Assembly: GCA_964344785.1 (NCBI GenBank)
Contig: CAYFOR010000002.1
Coordinates: 506 to 64,505 of the forward strand
Source: an uncultured Piscirickettsiaceae bacterium
Lineage (GTDB): Bacteria; Pseudomonadota; Gammaproteobacteria; GCF-002020875
Direction: 5' to 3'
Length of the DNA stretch: 64,000 nt
Part shown: piece after piece, positions 43,151 through 52,379 of the stretch
Layout of the letters: each line of letters opens with the position of its first letter
How positions within the stretch are numbered: the first letter of the stretch is position 1
The notes under the pieces: model-generated
What the model saw: the letters and a program-made list of their open reading frames with translations, nothing else
Databases searched by the model: none
Told to the model about the DNA's origin: nothing
Program-made: the position numbers and the translations under genes

Positions 43151-44129
43151 ATCGCTAGGGAGTGCTGGTATCAGTGCTCTGGTCAAGGTCGAATGGATGG
43201 ATACAGAGGTCGGGCAACAGACTAAAGAGAAGGTGCTGATTGTTGATGATGCGCCCGCCAATATTACCCAGCTCAATCATCTCCTGGGGGATGAGTATCA
43301 GGTCTTCTTTGCGACCAATGGAGAGGATGGGCTCGAAATTGCCGGAGAACAGCAGCCTGATCTGGTTCTGATGGATGTTTCCATGCCGGGGATGGATGGA
43401 TACGAGGTGTGTCGGCATCTGAAGGCCAACGCCTCGACAGAGCAGATACTGGTCATTTTCGTGACGGCCCATACCGATGCCGGAGAAGAGGGAAAAGGGT
43501 TGCAGCTGGGGGCCGTTGACTACATACACAAACCCTTTTCTCCACAGTTGGTGCAGTTGCGTGTACGTACCCAGTTAACACTGAAGCGGCAACGCGACCA
43601 GTTGGAAGCACAGGTTCGGGAAGTCACGATGATGTTCCAGATCGCTGATATTCTGATTGAGCATGCAATTTCCGGGGGGGATAGTTCTGTAGGGGCAATG
43701 ATTGGGCGGATCACCTCTGGCCTGCGTCTGCTGACAAAGATCTCTGCCAGTGCCGCCATACTGCATGATCCCGAGGGGGGAAGTGTAGACCTGCCGGAGC
43801 TGGTGACAGAAATTGAACGTGGCGTGAAGGAAGTTACCGAGACACTGGATGAAACAGTGGTTGCATTCCAGGATATGGATCGCTTGTCACAACAGCTGCA
43901 GCAGATCAGCGGGAGCCTGCATGCCGCTTCAGCGCTGATCAATGATCCGCAAAGGATCAATCAGCCTGAGGAGTGGCAACAGATGTATGAGGAGATCCGG
44001 GGTACATTCGCAATGATGGATGCCCAGGTTCTGTATGAGTCCATCCTTGCCGGAGAGAGCAGGGAGTCCGCACTATTGAAAGCCGGGCAGATGAAAAAGG
44101 ATTCACAAGACCTGTTTGAAGCCTTTTAG
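43134..44129 (+). CDS. response regulator with uncharacterised C-terminal output domain
   Basis: REC domain (VLIVDDAPAN..DVSMPGMDG..KPF) plus ~200 aa of unknown function. Confidence 0.7.
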   Translation: MRIIVKSLGSAGISALVKVEWMDTEVGQQTKEKVLIVDDAPANITQLNHLLGDEYQVFFATNGEDGLEIAGEQQPDLVLMDVSMPGMDGYEVCRHLKANASTEQILVIFVTAHTDAGEEGKGLQLGAVDYIHKPFSPQLVQLRVRTQLTLKRQRDQLEAQVREVTMMFQIADILIEHAISGGDSSVGAMIGRITSGLRLLTKISASAAILHDPEGGSVDLPELVTEIERGVKEVTETLDETVVAFQDMDRLSQQLQQISGSLHAASALINDPQRINQPEEWQQMYEEIRGTFAMMDAQVLYESILAGESRESALLKAGQMKKDSQDLFEAF

Positions 44130-44190
44130 TGTGCGCCTTTGTCCCGTTCCAGGGGGGACAGGCTACGCACTCACTAGTTCGCAGGACTCT

Positions 44191-44574
44191 CTACTTCAGA
44201 ACCTGTGCCACGACCGCCAGCAGCTTCTCCGGACTGAATGGCTTATTGATCCAGCCTGTGGCATTCAACTCCCGACCACGCTGTTTTGCGTCAGCCGAGG
44301 TCTCGGTGGTAAGGAACAGGATCGGAGTATAACGATAATCTGCCATGTTTCTGATTCGTTCGACCATCTCGAACCCATCCATGACAGGCATGTTGATATC
44401 GGCAAGAACCAGATCAAACGGCTTACCAACCCGGTTACGACGTAATTCAACCAGTCCGATGGCATGTTTACCGTCCTCCGCAAGCGCAAGCTCGTATCCC
44501 CCTTTTTCCACCAGAGAGTACTCAATTGCACTACGCAAGGATGCTGAGTCATCCACTGCAAGAATTGTAGTCAT
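44191..44574 (-). CDS. single-domain CheY-like response regulator
   Basis: 127 aa; ILAVDDSASLR..DINMPVMDG..KPF. Confidence 0.85.
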   Translation of the reverse strand: MTTILAVDDSASLRSAIEYSLVEKGGYELALAEDGKHAIGLVELRRNRVGKPFDLVLADINMPVMDGFEMVERIRNMADYRYTPILFLTTETSADAKQRGRELNATGWINKPFSPEKLLAVVAQVLK

Positions 44575-44673
44575 TGGTCTGCTCCAAACAGCGCTATTAT
44601 CAGTGTCTTGTCGCCTAAGGCATTAGCGATTATGCCAGTAGCATGGTAGAAAAAAAAGGGGGCTCAAGGGAAT

Positions 44674-44750
44674 TGGCGTCCCCGAGACGATTTGAACGTC
44701 CGACCTAATGCTTAGGAGGCATTTGCTCTATCCAGCTGAGCTACGGGGAC
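44674..44750 (-). tRNA. tRNA-Arg (anticodon CCU)
   Basis: Reverse complement GTCCCCGTAGCTCAGCTGGATAGAGCAAATGCCTCCTAAGCATTAGGTCGGACGTTCAAATCGTCTCGGGGACGCCA folds as a cloverleaf: 7-bp acceptor stem, D arm GCTC/GAGC, anticodon stem AATGC/GCATT, loop CTCCTAA, T-loop TTCAAAT, encoded CCA. Confidence 0.9.
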
Positions 44751-44861
44751 TTAGACTAGTAGTACGATGGTCTAACGGGCGTGAATTCTATCAGGTGTTG
44801 GGGCGGATGGGGCAGATTTACCAGCTCCTGTCAGGCACCTCACTCTGATGGTGGAAGGGCG

Positions 44862-45494
44862 ATGAGTTCTACTGAGGGTGATCTTATGGAAAAGCAGTAT
44901 CAGATTCTGGAAAAGCAGATTGTTTTTGATGGTTTTTTCCAGATGGAAAAATACAGACTTCAGCACACGCTGTTTGAGGGCGGCTGGTCCAGGCCCTTTT
45001 CCAGAGAGCTTTTTGAACGTGGCCATGCGGTAGCAATGCTGCCATACGATCCTGTGAGGGATGCGGTGGTATTGATCGAACAGTTTCGAGTAGGAGCACT
45101 GGAGTCTGCCTCAACCCCGTGGTTGGTTGAGGTTGTTGCCGGGATGGTTGAGTCCGGTGAGGCGGAGCAGGCGGTTGCACTTCGTGAGTCGCAGGAGGAG
45201 GCGGGTTGTACGGTGAATCGACTGGAATTCATTGCCCGCTATTGGGTGAGTCCGGGGGGGACCTCCGAGACGATCGCCCTCTATTGCGGTGAAGTCGACT
45301 CCAGAAGTGTCGGTGGCGTACATGGTCTGGACCATGAAGATGAGGATATTCTGGTCCATGTGGTTCCCTACAGTGAGGTGGTGGAGATGGTGCATCAGCA
45401 GAAGATCGAGTCGGCCACTCCATTGATTGCAATACAGTGGTTGATGATGAATCGGCAGCGGCTACGACAGCAGTGGCAGAACACACCTGAATAG
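44862..45494 (+). CDS. nudF: ADP-ribose pyrophosphatase (Nudix)
   Basis: Start MSSTEGDL (ATG 44862) gives ~210 aa colinear with NudF; Nudix box GMVESGEAEQAVALRESQEEAG; track ORF begins earlier at 44781. Confidence 0.75.
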   Translation: MSSTEGDLMEKQYQILEKQIVFDGFFQMEKYRLQHTLFEGGWSRPFSRELFERGHAVAMLPYDPVRDAVVLIEQFRVGALESASTPWLVEVVAGMVESGEAEQAVALRESQEEAGCTVNRLEFIARYWVSPGGTSETIALYCGEVDSRSVGGVHGLDHEDEDILVHVVPYSEVVEMVHQQKIESATPLIAIQWLMMNRQRLRQQWQNTPE

Positions 45495-45513
45495 TTCTTG
45501 ATAGAATAACTGC

Positions 45514-45990
45514 ATGTATAGCACACAGAGAGATACGTTTTCTTCGCAGCGGCTGCAGCGTCGTCCCTTCATCCGCAAGTTGTTGCGTCATGATCTGAAG
45601 GCACTGTTGACCCTGTATGAGGAGAACAGCACCTTGCTGTTTCGGCTTGCACCGGAAGTCCGCTCATTTGCGGTTGGCATGGAGTACCGTATTTCCACAC
45701 CGCTGCCGCTGATGTTGATGGTGTTGGAACAGCAACCCTATACCACAACCTTGCTGTTGACCCATCGGTTTCACAATGCACAAGGTGCGGAAGAGGAGCC
45801 TTCTGCAAAAATTCGTCTCTACCATGACAGTGATCAGGCAGAGGTCATGTCCATGAGTCAGGGAGAGTCACTGCGCTCATTTCTCTCACTGGTGCGCAGT
45901 GGTGAAGAGAATCTGGATGCTCGCTGGCGGCTGAATCTCTTTTTGAATCATTGGCTTCGATACTGTCTTGAACAGGGATACCAATTTTGA
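45514..45990 (+). CDS. DUF1249-family protein (YqiB-like), nudF-associated
   Basis: 158 aa; conserved position downstream of nudF. Confidence 0.5.
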   Translation: MYSTQRDTFSSQRLQRRPFIRKLLRHDLKALLTLYEENSTLLFRLAPEVRSFAVGMEYRISTPLPLMLMVLEQQPYTTTLLLTHRFHNAQGAEEEPSAKIRLYHDSDQAEVMSMSQGESLRSFLSLVRSGEENLDARWRLNLFLNHWLRYCLEQGYQF

Positions 45991-46019
45991 CTTGAAAACA
46001 GTCCGGGTCGACCCCATTA
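45991..46019 (+). promoter_or_regulatory. sigma-32 (heat-shock) type promoter upstream of htpG
   Basis: CTTGAAAA (45991-45998), 13-15 nt spacer, CCCCATTAA (46012-46020); matches consensus CTTGAAA..CCCCATnT; ~240 nt upstream of htpG ATG. Confidence 0.5.
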
Positions 46020-46261
46020 AGCTGCGGGATCACCTTTTCTGACCCGGTGAGCAAGTATCAATGATTTCAAAAATATTGGCAGTATCTGGTTGCGACATGC
46101 TCAAGCACAGCCTGTTTCAGGACCACCGCGAGGCATACTTTGCAGAAGTGGTACCGCTCGACTGGCTGTATGCCTCCATGCACACAGACGGATACAGATC
46201 AAGACTGCCAATACTTCTGGAACGATCAATGTTATGAGTAACAAGTAGGAGAGAAAAAAGA

Positions 46262-48175
46262 ATGACAACGGAAGCGCATAAGGAGACCATGGGATTTCAG
46301 GCAGAGGTGAAGCAGCTGCTGAAGCTGGTAATCAACTCGCTTTACAGCCATAAGGAGATTTTTCTGCGTGAGCTGGTTTCAAATGGGGCTGATGCGTGCG
46401 ACAAGCTTCGGTTTGAAGGGCTGGCAGACGATAGCCTCTATGAGAACGAGCCTGAACTCAAGCTTGAAATCACTGCCGACAAAGAGGCCAAGACCCTGGT
46501 GATCGAGGATAACGGTATCGGCATGAACCGTCAGGAGGTGGTCGACAACATCGGTACCATCGCCCGGTCCGGAACCAAGGCCTTCTTTGAAAAACTGACC
46601 GGAGACCAGAAGCAGGACTCTCATCTGATTGGTCAGTTTGGTGTCGGTTTCTACTCTTCATTCATCATTGCCGACAAGGTGACGGTAGAGAGTCGTCGGG
46701 CCGGTCTCAGTGCTGACCAGGGGGTGCGCTGGGTGTCATCCGGTGAAGGGGACTACACACTGGAGACGATCGAGAAGGCACGAAGAGGCACACGAATCAC
46801 CCTCCATCTACGTGATGATGAAGAGGAGTTTCTGGACAAGTGGAAGCTGCGTTCCCTGATTCATAAGTACTCCGAGCATATTACGCTGCCCATCATGATG
46901 GAACCGGATGCGCCACCGCCGGCCGAAGAGGGCGAGGAGCCACCGGCAGTGGAGCCATGGGAGCAGGTCAACAAGGCGACCGCGCTATGGACACTCAACC
47001 GAAACGAGATCAGTGATGAGGAGTACAAGGAGTTTTACAAGAGTGTCGGCCACGACTGGCAGGACCCGATGGATTGGGTTCATGCCCGGGTGGAGGGGAA
47101 TCTGGAATATACCCAGTTGCTGTACATTCCATCCAAGGCACCGTTTGATCTGAATGACCGGGAACGCAAACATGGGGTCAAGCTCTATGTCCGCCGGGTC
47201 TTCATCATGGAAGATACCGAGAAGCTGATGCCGACCTATCTGCGCTTCGTGCGTGGCGTGATCGACTCCAATGACCTGCCGCTGAATGTCTCCCGTGAGA
47301 TTCTGCAGAGCAGCAAGGTGGTGGACCAGATCAAGAAGGGCTCGACCAAGAAGGTGCTGGGCATGATGGAAGGGATCGCCAAACAGGGAGAAGAGGCGTA
47401 CGAAAAGTTCTGGCTGGAGTTCGGTCCTGTGTTCAAGGAGGGGCTGGTTGAGGATGTTCCCAATCAGGAACGGATCGCCAAACTCTGTCGTTTTGCCACT
47501 TCAGAGAGCGAGGGTTCTGCCCAGAGTGTCTCTCTGGAGCAGTATGTGGAACGAATGAAAGAGGGGCAGAACAAGATCTACTACATTACCGGTGAAAGCC
47601 ATACGGCAACCAAAAACAGCCCTCATCTGGAGGTATTCCGTAAAAAGGGAATCGAGGTGCTGCTGCTGACCGACCATGTGGACGAGTGGGTGGTCAATCA
47701 CCTGCGTGAATTCGATGGAAAATCACTGGAGTCGATTACTCAGGGTGATCTGGACCTTGGAGAGTTGGAAGATTCCAAGGAGAAAGAGGAGCTGAAGAAA
47801 GAGGAAGAGACCTTCAAGGGAATGATCGAGCAGATGAAAGGGGTCCTCGAGAGCGAAGTGGAGGATATTCGTGTCACCAATCGTCTGACTGACTCCCCGG
47901 CCTGTCTGGTTGCCGGAACAGGAGCCGTCGATGCCAACATGGAGCGGATCATGAAGAGTATGGGGCAGGAGGTGCCACACACCAAACGTATCCTGGAGAT
48001 CAATGTGGAGCACCCTCTGGTTGAGCGGCTGCAAAGTGAGCAGGATGAGGAGCGTTTTGCGGACTGGAGCCGTATCCTGTTTGATCAGTCACTATTGGCT
48101 GAAGGCAGCCAGCTTGATGATCCTGCCAGCTTTACCAGACGTCTGAATGGTCTGTTGCAGACGCTTGCAGGTTAA
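46262..48175 (+). CDS. htpG: molecular chaperone HtpG (Hsp90)
   Basis: 637 aa; N-terminal GHKL ATPase motifs (ELVSNGADACDK, GQFGVGFYS). Confidence 0.95.
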   Translation: MTTEAHKETMGFQAEVKQLLKLVINSLYSHKEIFLRELVSNGADACDKLRFEGLADDSLYENEPELKLEITADKEAKTLVIEDNGIGMNRQEVVDNIGTIARSGTKAFFEKLTGDQKQDSHLIGQFGVGFYSSFIIADKVTVESRRAGLSADQGVRWVSSGEGDYTLETIEKARRGTRITLHLRDDEEEFLDKWKLRSLIHKYSEHITLPIMMEPDAPPPAEEGEEPPAVEPWEQVNKATALWTLNRNEISDEEYKEFYKSVGHDWQDPMDWVHARVEGNLEYTQLLYIPSKAPFDLNDRERKHGVKLYVRRVFIMEDTEKLMPTYLRFVRGVIDSNDLPLNVSREILQSSKVVDQIKKGSTKKVLGMMEGIAKQGEEAYEKFWLEFGPVFKEGLVEDVPNQERIAKLCRFATSESEGSAQSVSLEQYVERMKEGQNKIYYITGESHTATKNSPHLEVFRKKGIEVLLLTDHVDEWVVNHLREFDGKSLESITQGDLDLGELEDSKEKEELKKEEETFKGMIEQMKGVLESEVEDIRVTNRLTDSPACLVAGTGAVDANMERIMKSMGQEVPHTKRILEINVEHPLVERLQSEQDEERFADWSRILFDQSLLAEGSQLDDPASFTRRLNGLLQTLAG

Positions 48176-48227
48176 TCAGGGTAGTGCAAAGCCACAGCGT
48201 GTTGTAGGAGGTTTCCTCTTCAAGCTT

Positions 48228-49727
48228 GTGGCTTTGCGGCTCTGTGCAGCTCTATTGCTGCCGACGATGGTTGGACAGGCAGTGGCGGATATCCGCTCTG
48301 ACCTGGATGCGATTATCGACTCTCCCAAGACGCCTGCCGCACTTTGGGGAATCCGTATTGAAGAGACGGACTCCGATGAGGTGATCTACTCCCGTAATGG
48401 GGATACCCCCTTTATTCCTGCCTCGGTGGTCAAGCTGGTAACCACTGCGGTGGCACTGGATCAGCTTGGACCGGACTATACCTTTACCACACATCTGCGT
48501 TTTCCAAGGCTGGACCTTCCGGCCGATGGTGTCATCCGGGGGGATCTGCAAATCATAGGAGGCGGTGATCCGACGCTGGGGACGGCAGATGGCTCGAGTG
48601 GGCGCAAGATATTGCAACAGTGGGCAAAGCGGTTGGTCAAGGAGGGGGTCAAGCAGATTAACGGCCATATTGTCGGGGTGGACGATATTTTTCTTGATGA
48701 GCCACTGGGTCAGGGCTGGGCCTGGGATGATGAACCGTACCACTTCTCGGCCGAGTCTTCCGGGCTTACGGTGCATGGTGGCACGGCAGGCTATCGAATC
48801 GACGGTAATGAGAAACAACGCCTGCGAAGGAATCAGGTGCATCTCTATCCCGATAACGACTACCTGACTACGCATATCAGTATCGTGGATGACAAACATC
48901 GGGTTGAGATTACCCGGCTTCAGGGAACCAACCACTTTGTCGTGGAAGTGCCGCGGAAAATGAGAAAAAACCCACCGATGTCAGGCAAGGTCACCGTAAA
49001 AAATCCAACCAGCTGGACGGCAGCGCTGTTCAAACAGGCGTTGGAGAAGGCTGGAATCAAAGTGCGTGGTAAAGCGGTTGATAGTGACTATCTGCGTGAT
49101 TTCAAACCGGCTGAAGGACTGGTCTGGACCCACCATTCCAAGCCATTGAAAGAGATATTGTCGCTTGCCAACAAGCGAAGCATCAATCTGGTTGCGGAGC
49201 ACCTGTTGCGAGCCAGTGGTGTCCAAAGGGATAAACAGGGAGAGATCACGCGCAGTGGTTCTGTAAACAGTGGTCTGAACAAGGTAGGGGCATTCCTCGG
49301 TGAGGCCGGCATCAAACCGTACCGATACAAAATGGTCGATGGCTCCGGGCTGTCCCGATACAACCTGTTTCGGCCTTCTGATCTGGTGAGTCTGTTGAAG
49401 GCGATGGCAAGGCACCCACAGAAAAAGGTCTACCGTAACTCGCTCTCCCATGCGGGCAAGGATGGTACCTTGACGTGGCGTTTGCGTGGCACACCGCTGG
49501 CAGGACGGGTATGGGCCAAGACGGGCACCCTGAGTTCGATTCGGTCGATTGCCGGACAGATGAAAACTCCCAAAGGAAAAGAGTTATCATTTGCAATCAT
49601 GGTGAACAACTATGCGTCAGGAAGCCGGAAGATCCGCAACCGTATCGATCAGATTCTGTTGAAAACGGCAGAGTGGGTAGACCGGCCCAAACAGTCGAAG
49701 ACACGGACAAAAAAGGAGAAGAGGTGA
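48228..49727 (+). CDS. dacB: D-alanyl-D-alanine carboxypeptidase/endopeptidase (PBP4 family)
   Basis: Candidate GTG start at 48228 after AGGAGG (track ORF from 48147 overlaps htpG); signal peptide; SVVK active-site Ser motif; KTG motif (AKTGTLSSIRS). Confidence 0.75.
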   Translation: MALRLCAALLLPTMVGQAVADIRSDLDAIIDSPKTPAALWGIRIEETDSDEVIYSRNGDTPFIPASVVKLVTTAVALDQLGPDYTFTTHLRFPRLDLPADGVIRGDLQIIGGGDPTLGTADGSSGRKILQQWAKRLVKEGVKQINGHIVGVDDIFLDEPLGQGWAWDDEPYHFSAESSGLTVHGGTAGYRIDGNEKQRLRRNQVHLYPDNDYLTTHISIVDDKHRVEITRLQGTNHFVVEVPRKMRKNPPMSGKVTVKNPTSWTAALFKQALEKAGIKVRGKAVDSDYLRDFKPAEGLVWTHHSKPLKEILSLANKRSINLVAEHLLRASGVQRDKQGEITRSGSVNSGLNKVGAFLGEAGIKPYRYKMVDGSGLSRYNLFRPSDLVSLLKAMARHPQKKVYRNSLSHAGKDGTLTWRLRGTPLAGRVWAKTGTLSSIRSIAGQMKTPKGKELSFAIMVNNYASGSRKIRNRIDQILLKTAEWVDRPKQSKTRTKKEKR

Positions 49728-49969
49728 TGGAGTTGGCCGATATCAAAAATCGCATTGAGCAGGGCATTCCCGAGGCGACAGCGATTCTCAGTGGTGACGG
49801 TTGCAACTGTGAAGCTACCGTAATCAGCGACAGTTTTGACGGACAGGGGTTGTTGGCAAGACAACGGGCTGTGATGGCAACCGTCAATGATGCAATCCTC
49901 AGCGGAGAATTGCATGCGTTATCCATCAAGACATTTACTCGGGAGGCGTGGGAAAAAGAGGGGACATGA
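49727..49969 (+). CDS. BolA-family protein
   Basis: ATG at 49727 overlapping the dacB stop; 80 aa MELADIKNRIEQ..LSGDGCNCEATVIS..LSIKTFT. Confidence 0.75.
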   Translation: MELADIKNRIEQGIPEATAILSGDGCNCEATVISDSFDGQGLLARQRAVMATVNDAILSGELHALSIKTFTREAWEKEGT

Positions 49970-50973
49970 AGAGGAACGGTTTGTTCAGAAAGGGGGATGG
50001 ACAGGGGGCTTTGTTACTTTCAATATTGCTCTCGTTGAGCGCAATGGCCCACGCCGGTGAGCCGTCACGCTGTCTGTTGCTCTACTCCTACCATCAGGGG
50101 TATGCCTGGAATGATGGTGTGGATCAAGGGGCCACTTCAGTTCTGGAAGGGGTATGTGAAATCAAGCGCTTCTTCATGGACTCCAAAAGAAATCCGGATG
50201 AGCGTTATATTCGTGACAAGGCGGAAGAGGCGCTTACCTTGATCAATCGCTGGCAACCGGATGTGATCATGGCAGCCGATGACAATGTTTCACGTTACCT
50301 GGTGATGCCCCACCTCAAGTCGGGCACGATTCCGGTGGTTTTTTGTGGGATCAATGTGACGGCGGAACCATACGGTTTTCCACTTGGCAATATGACAGGT
50401 ATGGTGGAGGTCTCTCCTCTGGCGCCATTGATGGTGCAGGCGACTGCTGCATTGAGATCCAAAGCTGAGCGTCATGAGATGGATACGGTCGTGATGACGG
50501 TGATTGATGCCGATCGTTACACTGCCCGTAAACAGTTCAAACACATTCATCAGGAGTTTAGTGACCAACACATGGTTGTCCGTCCACGCTTTGTGCAGAC
50601 ATTTGATGAGTGGAAAGAGAGGTTCCTGGAAGCACAGCAGGGAGATATTGTATTTCTGCTGAACAACTCGGGCATTGCAGATTGGGATGATGAAGAGGCA
50701 AGGCGCTTTGTGATGCAACATACACGTAAACTCTCCATCACCATCCATGGCTGGATGCGTCACCTGACGGTACTAACCATGTCCAAGGTTCCACAAGAGC
50801 AGGGCGAGTGGGCTGCCGAGGCAATGAAGCGTATTTTGCAAGGGGAAGAGCCGGGTCAGATCTCCATGGTCACAAATCGACGTTGGAAGAGTTATATTCA
50901 GTCTGAGTTGCTCGCATTAAGTGGTGTCACGCTTTCCGATGCCATCCTACAGCGCTCGGAAGTGGTCGAATAA
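49966..50973 (+). CDS. periplasmic ABC-type substrate-binding-like protein (COG2984/DUF534-like), kinase-associated
   Basis: ATGA overlap with the bolA-like stop; signal peptide; LLLYSYHQGYAWNDGV.. pattern. Confidence 0.5.
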   Translation: MKRNGLFRKGDGQGALLLSILLSLSAMAHAGEPSRCLLLYSYHQGYAWNDGVDQGATSVLEGVCEIKRFFMDSKRNPDERYIRDKAEEALTLINRWQPDVIMAADDNVSRYLVMPHLKSGTIPVVFCGINVTAEPYGFPLGNMTGMVEVSPLAPLMVQATAALRSKAERHEMDTVVMTVIDADRYTARKQFKHIHQEFSDQHMVVRPRFVQTFDEWKERFLEAQQGDIVFLLNNSGIADWDDEEARRFVMQHTRKLSITIHGWMRHLTVLTMSKVPQEQGEWAAEAMKRILQGEEPGQISMVTNRRWKSYIQSELLALSGVTLSDAILQRSEVVE

Positions 50974-50996
50974 CAGCGATAGATCTGGAATAGAAG

Positions 50997-51974
50997 ATGG
51001 TCAATAGAGCCTGGTTGATGTGCATCTTTCTCTGCTTTTCCGCCGAGGTGTCGGCTCAGAAGGGACTTGAATCACTGGTGCTGCAGTTGCGGTGGGTCAC
51101 ACAAGCCCAGTTTGCGGGCTACTATGTGGCGCTGGATCGAGGGATTTATGAACGTTATGGACTGGATGTGACCATTCTGCCCGGAGGACCCAATTTAAGT
51201 GGTAGCAATAATCTCGTTTCAGGAGCGGCCGATATCACTATCGAGTGGCTTCCTCATGCCCTGGTCATGCGTAATGGTGGCGTACCGTTAGTGAATATTG
51301 CCCAGATTTTCCACCGTTCCGGTTATACACTCTCATGCAGAAGGGATCGGGGGATTCAAGGAGTGGCTGACTTGCAGGGCAGGAGGATTGGCTCCTGGTT
51401 TGTTGGTGATGAGGTCAAGATCAAGGTTCTGCTTGGAAGTGGCGGGATCGAAGCGGAACTCTATCCTCTCAACTTCAACCTCAATGACCTGATCAGTGGG
51501 GAAGCGGATTGCATATCGACCATGCGTTATAACGAGTATCTCAGTCTGCTTGAAAAGGGGATGGATGAGAAACAGATCACCACCTTCGACTTTGATCAGT
51601 TGGGTGTCTCTATTCTGGAAGATGGGCTTTATGTGTTGGAGGAGCATCTGCAGGATGAAATGATGCGATCACGGCTCTCCCGTTTTGTTGCCGCAACCAT
51701 AGAAGGGTGGCTCTTTACGCTGGATCATCCGGATGAGGCACTTGAGATTGTGCTCGACAATGATCCCACTGGAGCCCTGGATGAGGAACACGAACGAAAT
51801 ATGCTGAAGGTGATCAGCACACTGCTTCACCATGACCGCAGTGAGATCGGGCGTTTGCGCCCGGAGCAGTATGTTCAGACGGTGAATCATCTACTGATAG
51901 GGGGGGAGTTGCTACACTCGATTCATGGCGGCTATACGGATGTGATCTGGTTGCAGGCCCAGCAGTTGGAGTAG
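50997..51974 (+). CDS. NMT1/SsuA-like periplasmic substrate-binding protein
   Basis: Signal peptide; LVLQLRWVTQAQFAGYYVALDRGIYERYGLDVTIL.. Confidence 0.6.
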   Translation: MVNRAWLMCIFLCFSAEVSAQKGLESLVLQLRWVTQAQFAGYYVALDRGIYERYGLDVTILPGGPNLSGSNNLVSGAADITIEWLPHALVMRNGGVPLVNIAQIFHRSGYTLSCRRDRGIQGVADLQGRRIGSWFVGDEVKIKVLLGSGGIEAELYPLNFNLNDLISGEADCISTMRYNEYLSLLEKGMDEKQITTFDFDQLGVSILEDGLYVLEEHLQDEMMRSRLSRFVAATIEGWLFTLDHPDEALEIVLDNDPTGALDEEHERNMLKVISTLLHHDRSEIGRLRPEQYVQTVNHLLIGGELLHSIHGGYTDVIWLQAQQLE

Positions 51975-51981
51975 TACTGTC

Positions 51982-52362
51982 ATGCTAACCATCAGTCAGC
52001 GGCTTTCGATCATATTTGGCGGAATGATGTTGCTGATCATGCTGATTTCTGTCACAGGGTGGCTCCTGGCCGACCGGCTCTCATCAGCTCACCACCGGAC
52101 ACTGGTCAATGCAATACCGTTGGCACTCAGCGCAAATCACTTCAATGAAGAGGTTCGCAAACTGACCCATCAAGTGGTCGAGCTGCAGTATGTCCGTTCC
52201 GAGAATGATCGTTGGGAGCATCTGTTCAATATCAATGAGACGGAAGAGCAGGTGATCCGGCTCCACAGAAAGCTGTTTTTGGAGGTGCCGGACACGATAC
52301 GCCCTCTACGGGAGCGTCTATCCGAGCTTTTGCGCCAGATTAGATTGGCATCTATGTTGTAG
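51982..52362 (+). CDS. N-terminal transmembrane segment of a sensor kinase, separated from the kinase body by a stop and frame change (possible frameshift or pseudogene)
   Basis: 126-aa ORF with [25 protein letters not shown]; stops 18 nt before the 692-aa kinase ORF, which is in another frame and lacks a first TM. Confidence 0.4.
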   Translation: MLTISQRLSIIFGGMMLLIMLISVTGWLLADRLSSAHHRTLVNAIPLALSANHFNEEVRKLTHQVVELQYVRSENDRWEHLFNINETEEQVIRLHRKLFLEVPDTIRPLRERLSELLRQIRLASML

Positions 52363-52379
52363 ACGAGCATGTCCAGGAG

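Noticed and set aside
44575-45500. Prophage or island at tRNA-Arg
   Set aside because: No integrase, no phage genes, no direct repeat of the tRNA end; neighbours are housekeeping (nudF) and signalling genes.
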